The position numbers were made by a program, and so were the translations under genes. A DNA stretch of 32,000 nt, from NCBI GenBank assembly GCA_028710695.1, contig JAQTTP010000002.1:92373-124372 (forward strand). Direction: 5' to 3'. A model generated the notes under the pieces. That model was not told the origin of the DNA, did no database searches, and saw nothing but the letters and a program-made list of their open reading frames with translations. Positions 1 to 8,559 of the stretch are shown here, one piece after another. The first letter of the stretch is position 1; every line of letters begins with the position of its first letter. This stretch comes from Candidatus Iainarchaeum sp. (GTDB lineage: Archaea; Iainarchaeota; Iainarchaeia; Iainarchaeales; 0-14-0-20-30-16).

Positions 1-607
1 CTATAACAAAAGTCTTCTTTTCTTTGTCTCTTAGCTTCAAAATAAGGTCTACTATGCTTTGCCCTGTCTTTGTATCTAAATTTCCAGTAGGCTCGTCCGC
101 AAAGATTATTTCAGGGTCATTTATTAATGCCCTAGCAATACTTACTCTTTGCCTTTCTCCTCCAGAAAGCTCTGCAGGCTTGTGCTTAAGCCTATGGCTC
201 ATCCCAACTGCTTTTAGAAGGGAAATCGCCCTTTGTGTTTTTTCTTCATTCTTTCCATCTGGGATTGTAGGAATTAGTACATTTTCCAAAACATTTAGGG
301 TTGGGATCAAATTAAAGGATTGAAACACAAATCCAAGATAATAACGTCTAAACACCGCCAAACTAAAGTCGTCTAATTCAGATATTTTTTTGCCTTTTAT
401 GTATACGTCACCAGTTGTTGGATGATCCAAAGCGCCCAAAATGTGGAGCAAAGTGGATTTTCCAGATCCTGATGGCCCAAGAATCATTATTATCTGAGAC
501 TTTTTCACATCTAGACTTACCCCATTAAGGGCATTTACTGTGGTCTCACCCAAGACATATGATTTAACCACATCTTTTGCTTGTATTATATTTTCCACCA
601 TAATCAT
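1..607 (-). CDS. ABC transporter ATP-binding protein, MacB/LolD type (3' end outside the window)
   Basis: Read from the reverse complement (not in the ORF track because it is truncated): (MIM)VENIIQAKDVVKSYVLGETTVNALNGVSLDVKKSQIIMILGPSGSGKSTLLHILGALDHP...LSGGERQRVSIARALINDPEIIFADEPTGNLD. Walker A, signature and Walker B motifs are all visible. Start is 607 or 601; overlaps the stop codon of the upstream permease. Confidence 0.93.
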   Translation of the reverse strand, partial: MIMVENIIQAKDVVKSYVLGETTVNALNGVSLDVKKSQIIMILGPSGSGKSTLLHILGALDHPTTGDVYIKGKKISELDDFSLAVFRRYYLGFVFQSFNLIPTLNVLENVLIPTIPDGKNEEKTQRAISLLKAVGMSHRLKHKPAELSGGERQRVSIARALINDPEIIFADEPTGNLDTKTGQSIVDLILKLRDKEKKTFVI

Positions 608-1752
608 CACTCATCTCTCAATGCTTCAACAGGATCCATTTTTGAGGCCTTTACTGCGGGATATATTCCGCCAACAAGGCCAATAAATATTCCAAAAGCA
701 AATATCTCAAAAATTAAGGTCAAAGATATTACTGTGTCTATTCCAATAACAAATCCAAGTAATTTACTTATTATTGTTCCAATTATCAATGCAATTATAC
801 TTCCAACAATTGACAAAAACACAGATTCTAAAATTATCATAAAAATTATATTCTTTTTTGTCCAACCAACTGCTTTTAAGGTTCCAAGTTCCCTTGTCCT
901 TTCCATTACAGACATTAGCATTGTATTTATTATTCCAATTGCTGCAACAAAAGCAGAAATCAAAGAAACAAATACTGCAATAAGTCGCAAATTCAAAAGC
1001 AAACTATTTACTTGTTCCATCATTTCTTCTTGTCCTTGCGCTTTTAACTCATCATAACTAAATTCTATTTTTTTAGAAATTTGTGTTGCATCCGCGCCCG
1101 CATCAGGAATCACATAAAAAGAATTTACTTTGCCTTTTTTGTAAGGATAATTTTCTCTAAAATCGTCAACAGGCATTATAATTGCATTTACTGGAAATGA
1201 AGAATTAGCTTCGTATATTCCAATAACTTCAAACTTTGCAGATCCAACTTTTAAACTATCGCCAAGGCCTTTAAGATATTGCTCTGAAATATCTTTTGAT
1301 ATCATTACTACTCCATTATCCCCAGATTTTAAGCCCCTGCCTTTGTAAATTGCATCAATAAAAGCACTATAACTACTGTTTTCAAATTGGCCTGGATCTA
1401 TAGCATAAATATATGGCTGGTCAAACATAGAGCCACCGACAGCTTTATTTTGAATCTCAGTAACAAAATAATACTGTTCTGGAACAACTTCTTTTACACC
1501 TTGAATTTTGCTTAATTTTTGTTCATAACCTTCATCAATAGAACTAAATACCTGGTCCACTGCAGATTCTTGAGATACAATAATGCCCTGCATTTTTCCA
1601 ATAGTACTTTGTGCTTCGTTATTTATTCCATCAACAAAAGAAATCAATACCAATAATAAACAAAGACCAATTGCAATTCCCAAAAAAGTTAATATACTTC
1701 TGCTTTTTCTTCGGAATATATTAAGAAATGCGGACTTAGCAATCTCAAACAT
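607..1752 (-). CDS. FtsX/MacB-like ABC transporter permease
   Basis: N-terminal AFLNIFRRKSRSILTFLGIAIG TM, periplasmic MacB_PCD-like domain, MLMSVMERTRELGTLKAVGW, C-terminal KASKMDPVEALR. Confidence 0.92.
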   Translation of the reverse strand: MFEIAKSAFLNIFRRKSRSILTFLGIAIGLCLLLVLISFVDGINNEAQSTIGKMQGIIVSQESAVDQVFSSIDEGYEQKLSKIQGVKEVVPEQYYFVTEIQNKAVGGSMFDQPYIYAIDPGQFENSSYSAFIDAIYKGRGLKSGDNGVVMISKDISEQYLKGLGDSLKVGSAKFEVIGIYEANSSFPVNAIIMPVDDFRENYPYKKGKVNSFYVIPDAGADATQISKKIEFSYDELKAQGQEEMMEQVNSLLLNLRLIAVFVSLISAFVAAIGIINTMLMSVMERTRELGTLKAVGWTKKNIIFMIILESVFLSIVGSIIALIIGTIISKLLGFVIGIDTVISLTLIFEIFAFGIFIGLVGGIYPAVKASKMDPVEALRDE

Positions 1753-1753
1753 C

Positions 1754-2902
1754 TTAATTACCCCTCAAAGCTTCAACTGGATCCATTTTCGATGCAACTA
1801 TTGCGGGATATATTCCACCCAAAATCCCCAAAACAAATGCAAACAAAAAACATTGTATTACTAATGAAAAAGTTACTGCAGTATTAATTGCAAAAAAATA
1901 TTCAAACAAAGCACTTCCGACAATACCAATAACTATTCCCAAGATGCCCCCAAATATACCAATTATTGCAGATTCGAAAACAACTGAATAAATTATATTT
2001 GCCTTACTCCAACCAACTGCTTTCAAAGTCCCAATTTCTTTTATTCTTTCCATTACTGACATCAGCATTGTATTTACAACACCCAACCCAGCAATTATTG
2101 CAGCAATAAGTGTAACAACAATAACTAAATATCTTAAATAATCTAAAAAAGAGCCAACGGTTTTCATTCTTTCTTGTTGCCCAACTGCTTTCAATTCCTC
2201 ATATTTGAATTCAATTTTTTCAGCAATTGCATCAGATTCAGAAGGATCTACAGTAATAACATTAAAAAGATTTGTTTTATCCATTGCAATTCCATAGCTT
2301 TCTCTTGCACCATCTAAAGAAATTAAAATTTGTTTTTCAAGAGTGCTTGTTTCTGCTTTAAAAATGCCTTTTATCTTAAACTCCTTGCCATCCAAATCTA
2401 TTTTTGAGCCAATAGATTTTTTATAATCTTCTGCAAGCACAGTAGATATCAACACATAATCTTTATCTGAGCTTTTCAACAGTTGCCCAGAAATTAAATT
2501 TTCTTTAACTGTATTGTAAATCAATTCGTCATAATTTTCTGGATCTAGACCAATAACAGAATAACTACTTTGCGGCCCAGTTGCAACTGTTTTTTTATTA
2601 TCAATAGTTCCCACAATTTGCAAAATCTGCGGTATTGCAACTTTTACACCTTGGACACTTTCTAATTTCATTTTATAGGACATGCTCATTTCGCTTGCAA
2701 AAGGAGCTAAAGCATCCGCACTAAAAACAGTAATTCCCTGCATTTTTCCCAAAGTTGCAAAAGATTCCTCATATAAGCCATCAACAACAGAAACAAGAAT
2801 AATTAAAGAGGCAATTCCCACAATAATTCCAAGAAGAGCCAATGCAGTCCTCTTTTTTCTACGAAATATATTTAGAAATGCAACCTTAATTAAATTATAC
2901 AT
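1754..2902 (-). CDS. FtsX/MacB-like ABC transporter permease (tandem paralog)
   Basis: AFLNIFRRKKRTALALLGIIVG..., NTMLMSVMERIKEIGTLKAVGW, VASKMDPVEALRGN. Confidence 0.92.
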   Translation of the reverse strand: MYNLIKVAFLNIFRRKKRTALALLGIIVGIASLIILVSVVDGLYEESFATLGKMQGITVFSADALAPFASEMSMSYKMKLESVQGVKVAIPQILQIVGTIDNKKTVATGPQSSYSVIGLDPENYDELIYNTVKENLISGQLLKSSDKDYVLISTVLAEDYKKSIGSKIDLDGKEFKIKGIFKAETSTLEKQILISLDGARESYGIAMDKTNLFNVITVDPSESDAIAEKIEFKYEELKAVGQQERMKTVGSFLDYLRYLVIVVTLIAAIIAGLGVVNTMLMSVMERIKEIGTLKAVGWSKANIIYSVVFESAIIGIFGGILGIVIGIVGSALFEYFFAINTAVTFSLVIQCFLFAFVLGILGGIYPAIVASKMDPVEALRGN

Positions 2903-2903
2903 T

Positions 2904-4115
2904 CTAATTACCTTTCAAAGACCGCAACTCTTTCTTTTTTGTTTTATTTTTTTTGTAGAAATATATTCCAACTCCAATTCCAATTATTATAATAATATAA
3001 ACCAACCAAGCAAAAGAAATATCTTTTTTCACAATAAATAATGGGACTTCTTTTGTAAAGGTATATTCCTTGTCATATTGATCTAAATAGGAAATTTCCA
3101 CGTTTATTTTTTGGGTCCCTGTTTCAGCATTACTTAAAACATGCAAGTCAAAAATCCCTGAACTAGAATCATCTTCTTCTAATGAACCAACATAGGCAAT
3201 ATCAATTCCTTCGACTACTTGATTTTCCAATATTTTCATAGATGCGGATTTTATTGTAGACTTAGAAATATTTTCCAATTGTATGGACAAAGAAAAGTAA
3301 CCATCTTGTTTAAGTTTTGTTTCTCCAGTACTTAGAGATTTATCAATTGATGAAATTATTACAGTTGGCTTGTCTTCTACAATAAATGATACTGTCTCTA
3401 CATCGCTTATTGATCCTACTGCGTTAGCATTTAAATCAACATCAAATAATGCAGGAGTTGCATTTTTTGAAATTAAAAAAGTAAAAATTACATCTTTTGT
3501 TTGACCTGGATCTAAATCCCCCAAAAACTTTGACTTTTCGTCAAGAGCAATTAATTTATTTGTTCCAAAATCTGCCTCAACTTTAATTCCTTTCAAGGTA
3601 TTATTTCCTTCGTTTTTTACATATCCTTTTAGTTCAACCTTTTCATCAAGATATTTTTTATCCAAAGGATATTCAGTTAGAACCAAATTTATTTTATCAT
3701 AGTTTGAAACATTAATTGTTGTTTGGGTGTTAATAGTATACTTTTCTAGGCCATCTCTAAGATATTCAATTTTTACTGGTATTGAATAATAGCCCCCCTT
3801 TACAGAATCCTTAACTTTAAACCTCAATGCAAAGTTTCCAGTCTGACTAAACTTAATTACATCTAAATGATCAAGGCCAGTAATTATTTCAAAATCATTA
3901 CTAGTGGGCACAAGACTTACATTTACATCTTCTGCATCAACAGTGCTAGAAATGTTCTCTAATGTTATATTAATGCTAGCTTCACTATTCGGGTATATTG
4001 TTGTTGGATAAGAATTAGTGGAATCAACCTCAAGAATATAGGCATAATTCGAAGTCGCAGAGAATCCAAAACTCGCCAAAAGCAATACAAAAAATAAAAT
4101 CAAGAATTTTTTCAT
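2904..4115 (-). CDS. Exported, C-terminally membrane-anchored protein with NEW3/CARDB-like (COG1361-like) Ig-fold repeats
   Basis: Signal peptide MKKFLILFFVLLLASFGFSA (start revised from 4205 to ATG 4115), repeated beta-rich 'LVLTEYPLDKKYLDEKVELKGYVKNEGNNTL' segments, C-terminal TM followed by a Lys-rich tail. Adjacent to the ABC exporter genes. Confidence 0.75.
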   Translation of the reverse strand: MKKFLILFFVLLLASFGFSATSNYAYILEVDSTNSYPTTIYPNSEASINITLENISSTVDAEDVNVSLVPTSNDFEIITGLDHLDVIKFSQTGNFALRFKVKDSVKGGYYSIPVKIEYLRDGLEKYTINTQTTINVSNYDKINLVLTEYPLDKKYLDEKVELKGYVKNEGNNTLKGIKVEADFGTNKLIALDEKSKFLGDLDPGQTKDVIFTFLISKNATPALFDVDLNANAVGSISDVETVSFIVEDKPTVIISSIDKSLSTGETKLKQDGYFSLSIQLENISKSTIKSASMKILENQVVEGIDIAYVGSLEEDDSSSGIFDLHVLSNAETGTQKINVEISYLDQYDKEYTFTKEVPLFIVKKDISFAWLVYIIIIIGIGVGIYFYKKNKTKKKELRSLKGN

Positions 4116-4237
4116 TAATAAGCCCCCAATTAATATTATATAAGTATAGTCAGGAGCCTTTATATATTTTGTTTTTATGTGCAGCACATAAGGCAATAAT
4201 AACAATAGTCAGACAAAAAACAATAAAAAATTGCTTT

Positions 4238-4253
4238 GTGGCATTTATGCCAC
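4238..4253 (-). repeat. TTTA-loop hairpin, tRNA-flank element A
   Basis: GTGGCA TTTA TGCCAC. Confidence 0.8.
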
Positions 4254-4378
4254 TGTTTTTCTTTTGGAAGACTGCAGCTTTTCCAAGAATCTTTTTTGCA
4301 AAGCAAAAAAATTCAGGGGCTAAAGCAGTTTGTGAAACAAACTGGCTTTTTCCTTTTCCAAAAAAGAAAAGCTTGGTA

Positions 4379-4450
4379 AGCAGGAGATGGGAGTTGAACC
4401 CACAATCGCCCGGTCTGCAGCCGGAAGCATTACCATTCTGCTACTCCTGC
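4379..4450 (-). tRNA. tRNA-Cys(GCA)
   Basis: Manual fold: GCAGGAG-TA-GCA/TGC D arm-TCCGG CTGCAGA CCGGG-CGATT-GTGGG TTCAACT CCCAT-CTCCTGC-T. Anticodon GCA, discriminator U. Confidence 0.95.
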
Positions 4451-4477
4451 CCCGAGAACAAACTTTCCCGTTAGAGT

Positions 4478-4508
4478 TGTATGTTGAACCAAAGGTTCAA
4501 GCATACTT
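4478..4508 (-). repeat. 31-nt exact repeat, copy 1 (imperfect hairpin)
   Basis: Plus strand TGTATGTTGAACCAAAGGTTCAAGCATACTT; folds as GTATG TTGAACC AAA GGTTCAA g CATAC. Confidence 0.95.
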
Positions 4509-4526
4509 GCTTTTTTTTATAAGACT

Positions 4527-4542
4527 GCGACATTTATGTCGC
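4527..4542 (-). repeat. TTTA-loop hairpin, tRNA-flank element B
   Basis: GCGACA TTTA TGTCGC; differs from element A by two compensatory base-pair changes. Confidence 0.8.
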
Positions 4543-4565
4543 CAGAGTTTTCTTTGGGAGGCTGT

Positions 4566-4589
4566 AGCTTTCTTTTACAAAAGAAAGCT
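4566..4589 (-). terminator. Hairpin immediately 3' of tRNA-Met
   Basis: AGCTTTCTTTT AC AAAAGAAAGCT, perfect 11-bp inverted repeat. Confidence 0.5.
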
Positions 4590-4592
4590 TAG

Positions 4593-4732
4593 TGCCAAGG
4601 GGGAGACTTGAACTCCCGTCCTCCAGATTTCTCTCCGAAATCTGGTTAAATCATCGCTTGCAAAGCAAGCTCATAATTCATAACCACGAATAGTTATGAG
4701 TCTGGCGCTCCAACCAACTGAGCTACCTTGGC
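4593..4732 (-). tRNA. tRNA-Met(CAT), elongator-like, with a ~66-nt intron
   Basis: Exon 1 GCCAAGG TA GCTC AGTTGGTTGG AGC G CCAGA CTCATA(A); exon 2 TCTGG AGGAC GGGAG TTCAAGT CTCCC CCTTGGC A. The 66 nt between them is an intron at about 37/38 (about 4629..4694). Confidence 0.88.
4629..4694 (-). other. Predicted tRNA intron
   Basis: Removing 66 nt restores a 7-nt anticodon loop CTCATAA closed by CCAGA/TCTGG. The splice junction resembles a relaxed bulge-helix-bulge (CTC/GAG central pairing, AA^A 3' bulge). Confidence 0.7.
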
Positions 4733-4767
4733 CCTAGCCTTTTACAAAAGGCTAAGTTTGCCAAAAG

Positions 4768-4798
4768 TGTATGTTGAACCAAAGGTTCAAGCATACTT
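4768..4798 (-). repeat. 31-nt exact repeat, copy 2
   Basis: Identical to 4478..4508; upstream of tRNA-Met. Confidence 0.95.
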
Positions 4799-4900
4799 AA
4801 TTTTATTTAGCAAAACTGAGCCAGACTTGTAAAATTCTCATGTACAAGGATATATTCCTATCTTTAACCTTTTTTAGATAAGAAAGACTTATATTCTATT

Positions 4901-5566
4901 CTATTCCTCTAAGGCGTTATAATCATAAAGAAATTTGTTCATTCCATCCAAAATGTCTTGTTCATAAATTGTTTTTTCATTTATTACTATTCCGGGAATA
5001 TAATTTACGTCATAAAACTCTAAAATATTATCCACTGCACTAATTCCTACCTCAGAAGGAATACTAAAAATCCAAACCTTATCGCCATATTTGTCTTTAA
5101 TATCTTGTATCGCTGTTTCTAAAGGAGCACATTCATTACAGTTATAAGGATAAAAATACAAAATATAGTTTTTCACATACTGCGGACAAATAGAATTAAA
5201 CTTCTTAAGCCTCAACCACAAATCTAAATTATTGTACACATATTCTTTTTGTAATTTTTTTACTTCTTCTAAATTATCTTTGTCATCAGCAGCCAGATTA
5301 ACTTTCTTTCCCAAATCATACAAAAAATCTGACAACCCAATTAGCTGGTTCTCCATTAAATCACAAGAATTGGCATCAACCATAGTATCATAAAAATTCA
5401 TAGTTATTTTTAGATCTGTACTTTTATTGTAAATATCCAAAATATCATCATTCAAATCTGTTTTTTTCCAATCATAAACAAGATTTGCAAAAAGCAATGC
5501 AAAAAACATTACAGCAAAGGTAAATGCCAGAGCTTTATAAAATATTTTTTTCTTTCCGTTGTCCAT
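4901..5566 (-). CDS. Membrane-anchored thioredoxin-fold protein (CNEC motif)
   Basis: N-terminal TM, then YILYFYPYNCNECAPLETAIQDIKDKYGDKVWIFSI...YDVNYIPGIVINEKTI (CxxC plus cis-Pro-like IPG). Start revised to ATG 5566, which follows AAGGTGGAG. Confidence 0.72.
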   Translation of the reverse strand: MDNGKKKIFYKALAFTFAVMFFALLFANLVYDWKKTDLNDDILDIYNKSTDLKITMNFYDTMVDANSCDLMENQLIGLSDFLYDLGKKVNLAADDKDNLEEVKKLQKEYVYNNLDLWLRLKKFNSICPQYVKNYILYFYPYNCNECAPLETAIQDIKDKYGDKVWIFSIPSEVGISAVDNILEFYDVNYIPGIVINEKTIYEQDILDGMNKFLYDYNALEE

Positions 5567-6828
5567 TATCTCCACCTTGTTTTGTATTTAGTAAATTGCA
5601 AAAATATTGCGCTTGCCCAGAAGAAAATCTGCGCAGGAGTATAGATTATTGGAGTTAATAATAATATAATAATATGTTTGAAAGTAATCTTCTCCTTACT
5701 CTCATAAAATCCAACAATATATGCTACAATCCACAAGATAAATGCAATTATTATTATAAAAAATAAAGACGAAAGCACATACATCGGATTTACTTCAAAA
5801 TACTTCTGTATCGCCACGAAAGGATTCGGGACTATTTTTAGATATATATACCAGTATATTTTTGTTATAAAAGTACTCAAAAAAGAGTAGAAGTTTGTTA
5901 TTAAATAATAAATTATTACTGCCAACATGCTGATTGTAACACTTACTATTGGTATCATAACTATTGAGAAAAATCCAAACTGTGGATCAAAAGCCATTTT
6001 TCTGTATTTTGCAAAGTTTATCAACGAGCCTCTGTTCCATCTTATTCTCTGCCAAAACAGTTTCTTCCAAGTTGGCATCACTTTTGTGGAAACTCTTGCA
6101 GATTTTGAACTAAAGATTTTATATCCCGCTTGTCTAATTCTAAAAGTAATCTCCATGTCTTCTGTAGGAGTTATGTCTTGGCTGTAGAACCCGCCAATCT
6201 TTTTCAACAAATTTTTTCTATATAGACTCAACGGCCCTTTAGTAACATATATTGATTCTAAGCCACCATAAGCAGTCAATAAAAAGTTAGAAAATATGTA
6301 TTCAATATGTTGAAACCATTCCACAAGCTTTTGTGGATTTTTTACAACCATCTTTGTTGTTACTGCGCCAACTGTTTTATCATCAAAATAACCAGTTATA
6401 TACTTCAGTGAATTTTTTTCAGGGAATGCATCGGCATCAACACAGCCGACTAGTTCATATTTTGCAATTTGAGTTGCCTCATTTAGACTTTCTGATTTTC
6501 CTCTTTGCCCTTTTTTCTTTACAACTCTTATGAAATTATATCTTTTTGCGAAGTTTGTTGCTAAAGAATAACTCTTATCTGTAGAGTTGTCATCTACTAC
6601 AATAACTTCAAAATCACCTTTGTGATTATTTTTCATTTCTACCAAAGATTTTAAAGTGTCCACAATTGTATTTTCTTCATTCCAAATTGGTACAACTATA
6701 GATACGCCATAATTCTTCTTAGACAGGGGGTCTTTTTTTGTTCTAAATTCAAAATATGCAAAGATATAGAGGATTACAAAGAAGAGCAAAATTCCAATGG
6801 AAAAAAGCAAAATATAATCCACGTACAT
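5566..6828 (-). CDS. Processive family 2 glycosyltransferase, multi-TM (cellulose/hyaluronan/PNAG synthase-like)
   Basis: VSIVVPIWNEENTI, VIVVDDNSTD, CVDADAFPE, TEDMEITFRIRQAG, WQRIRWNRG motifs and C-terminal TM helices. Start probably ATG 6828 (track start 6861). Confidence 0.92.
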   Translation of the reverse strand: MYVDYILLFSIGILLFFVILYIFAYFEFRTKKDPLSKKNYGVSIVVPIWNEENTIVDTLKSLVEMKNNHKGDFEVIVVDDNSTDKSYSLATNFAKRYNFIRVVKKKGQRGKSESLNEATQIAKYELVGCVDADAFPEKNSLKYITGYFDDKTVGAVTTKMVVKNPQKLVEWFQHIEYIFSNFLLTAYGGLESIYVTKGPLSLYRKNLLKKIGGFYSQDITPTEDMEITFRIRQAGYKIFSSKSARVSTKVMPTWKKLFWQRIRWNRGSLINFAKYRKMAFDPQFGFFSIVMIPIVSVTISMLAVIIYYLITNFYSFLSTFITKIYWYIYLKIVPNPFVAIQKYFEVNPMYVLSSLFFIIIIAFILWIVAYIVGFYESKEKITFKHIIILLLTPIIYTPAQIFFWASAIFLQFTKYKTRWR

Positions 6829-6835
6829 TGTAAAA

Positions 6836-8509
6836 TCACTTATGACTATTAAAATAATCAAGATACTTATTAAAAAGGAGGTATTTCTCCGAACTATAAT
6901 TCACATCTGCCCCGTTGTCAAAAACAACATAAGGACTCGAAATAGAGGAAACCACTGCAAAATTATTATTTTTATCAATATAGCTTACTAACCCGGTTGA
7001 TGTAGAACCAATAGAGAATATGATATCATTGTTTTTTTCAAAATTATATCCTTGGGCCACATAAGACAATAACAGATCTTTAAAGTTCAAATGTGATAAC
7101 AAATCATAATTTTCTTCTTGTTCTAAATCGCTTGCAACAAAAATCAGAGGAACATTATAAGAAGAATGATTTTTTTCATTAAAATATCCTTTTTCTCCAT
7201 GATCTGAAACTATTACAATTAAAGTTTCATCAGACTTTCCAATTTCTTTGAGATAATTATAGAAATCATCAAAATAATAATTATAGTATTCTGTTCTACT
7301 TTGGTCTTTTAATGCAATATATTTCAAGGTATGGCCATAAATTAATTCTTGGTAAACAAATTGCTTTTCATTATTATTTGCAAGTTCTTTTAATTGGCCA
7401 AATACTGCACGATCTTCGCAAGCTTTTTCGAACTCTATCAAATGCATACAGATAAGATCTTCATCTGCACCATAATCCTCTTCTTTAAGAGTGATTATGT
7501 TTTTAAAATTATATTTAGTTATTTCGAATGGCGCACCAACATCGGAAATCAAAAAAGTTGTGTTGTAGTTGTTATCATTGAAATAATCCACAAGATTCTG
7601 TTTTTTTATTACTTTTTCAGCATACAAAGAATACCAATCACTATAAGAATATGATTCATATGGGATCAAAGTAGAAGATAGCATTGTTAACATCGCAGTT
7701 CTACTATCCTGGTTGTTTGTATAATAATTTTTATAAACTATTGAATTCTCTTTATTTTTTTCAAAAAAGTTTTTCTCCACTGGCACTTTTTTAATATCTT
7801 TATAGAACATATAATTAGGTATTTCTTCCATTACAAAAACAAATATCTTTTTGTATTTCATTTGGGGATCAAAGTTAAAATTAAGATCTTGTGAAAAACT
7901 TTTGTCAAATAAATTGAAATCATAATTAATATCAATATTCAAGTCCACAAGTTCTTTTCTATCTTCAAAAAGATATCTTATTGTATCAACATAAGGGTTT
8001 GCAAAATAATTTCCGAATATGACAGGATAAACTATTACGAGCCCAAGAACAACAAAAAAACATATTTTTATTGCTTTCCTTGAAATTATTAATTTGTCCA
8101 GCTTTATCAAATAAGCAACTACAAAAATCGCCACAAAGATCAGCAAACACAATAAGATTAGTTTATAATTAATTATCTGCTTTGCTACAAAAATCGCAGT
8201 ATCTAATTTCACAGAAAAAAATGAATATGCTTTATTTGATAAATCATTTGCAAAATAAGCATACATGAAACACTGAAGAGTATTATAAAAATACAAAATG
8301 TAGAATATTGGCGAGGTCAGTTTTCTAGAAATCTTTAATGATGCAAACAAAAATAAAAAGAAAATAAAGGCATATACCAACACGTCAAAAACATAAGAAG
8401 AAATTATCAAAGAAACATTGCTTGTAGAAAATATTTTTACGAACAGCAAACAAACTAAAGTCAGAATAATGAGTTTAAGTTTATAGTTATAGAAGTTTAA
8501 TTTACTCAT
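6836..8509 (-). CDS. LtaS/sulfatase-superfamily membrane protein
   Basis: Several N-terminal TM helices, then KIFVFVMEEIPNYMFY, YTNNQDSRTAMLTML, YGHTLKY, ETLIVIVSDHGEKGYF. Confidence 0.82.
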   Translation of the reverse strand: MSKLNFYNYKLKLIILTLVCLLFVKIFSTSNVSLIISSYVFDVLVYAFIFFLFLFASLKISRKLTSPIFYILYFYNTLQCFMYAYFANDLSNKAYSFFSVKLDTAIFVAKQIINYKLILLCLLIFVAIFVVAYLIKLDKLIISRKAIKICFFVVLGLVIVYPVIFGNYFANPYVDTIRYLFEDRKELVDLNIDINYDFNLFDKSFSQDLNFNFDPQMKYKKIFVFVMEEIPNYMFYKDIKKVPVEKNFFEKNKENSIVYKNYYTNNQDSRTAMLTMLSSTLIPYESYSYSDWYSLYAEKVIKKQNLVDYFNDNNYNTTFLISDVGAPFEITKYNFKNIITLKEEDYGADEDLICMHLIEFEKACEDRAVFGQLKELANNNEKQFVYQELIYGHTLKYIALKDQSRTEYYNYYFDDFYNYLKEIGKSDETLIVIVSDHGEKGYFNEKNHSSYNVPLIFVASDLEQEENYDLLSHLNFKDLLLSYVAQGYNFEKNNDIIFSIGSTSTGLVSYIDKNNNFAVVSSISSPYVVFDNGADVNYSSEKYLLFNKYLDYFNSHK

Positions 8510-8559
8510 AATTTATAATTAAAATACAAAAGTTATATATATCTATCAAGAAATCAGAA

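Noticed and set aside
581-3041. Plus-strand ORFs 581-1057, 1583-1864 and 2682-3041
   Set aside because: They lie antisense to strongly motif-supported permease genes, have Ile/Thr/Ser-rich compositions typical of reverse-frame translations, and show no RBS or domain.
4169-4611. Plus-strand ORFs 4169-4474 and 4387-4611 (MGVEPTIARSAAGS...)
   Set aside because: They run antisense through tRNA-Cys; the 'GVEPT...' string is a well-known artefact of translating tRNA complements.
4593-4732. tRNA-Ile2(CAT) or initiator Met identity
   Set aside because: The anticodon alone cannot separate these. Elongator-like features (GCC...GGC acceptor, A73) favour elongator Met, but this is not certain without comparing all CAT tRNAs in the genome.
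4478-4798. CRISPR array interpretation of the 31-nt repeat
   Set aside because: Only two copies, 290 nt apart, with a tRNA between them and no cas genes in the window.
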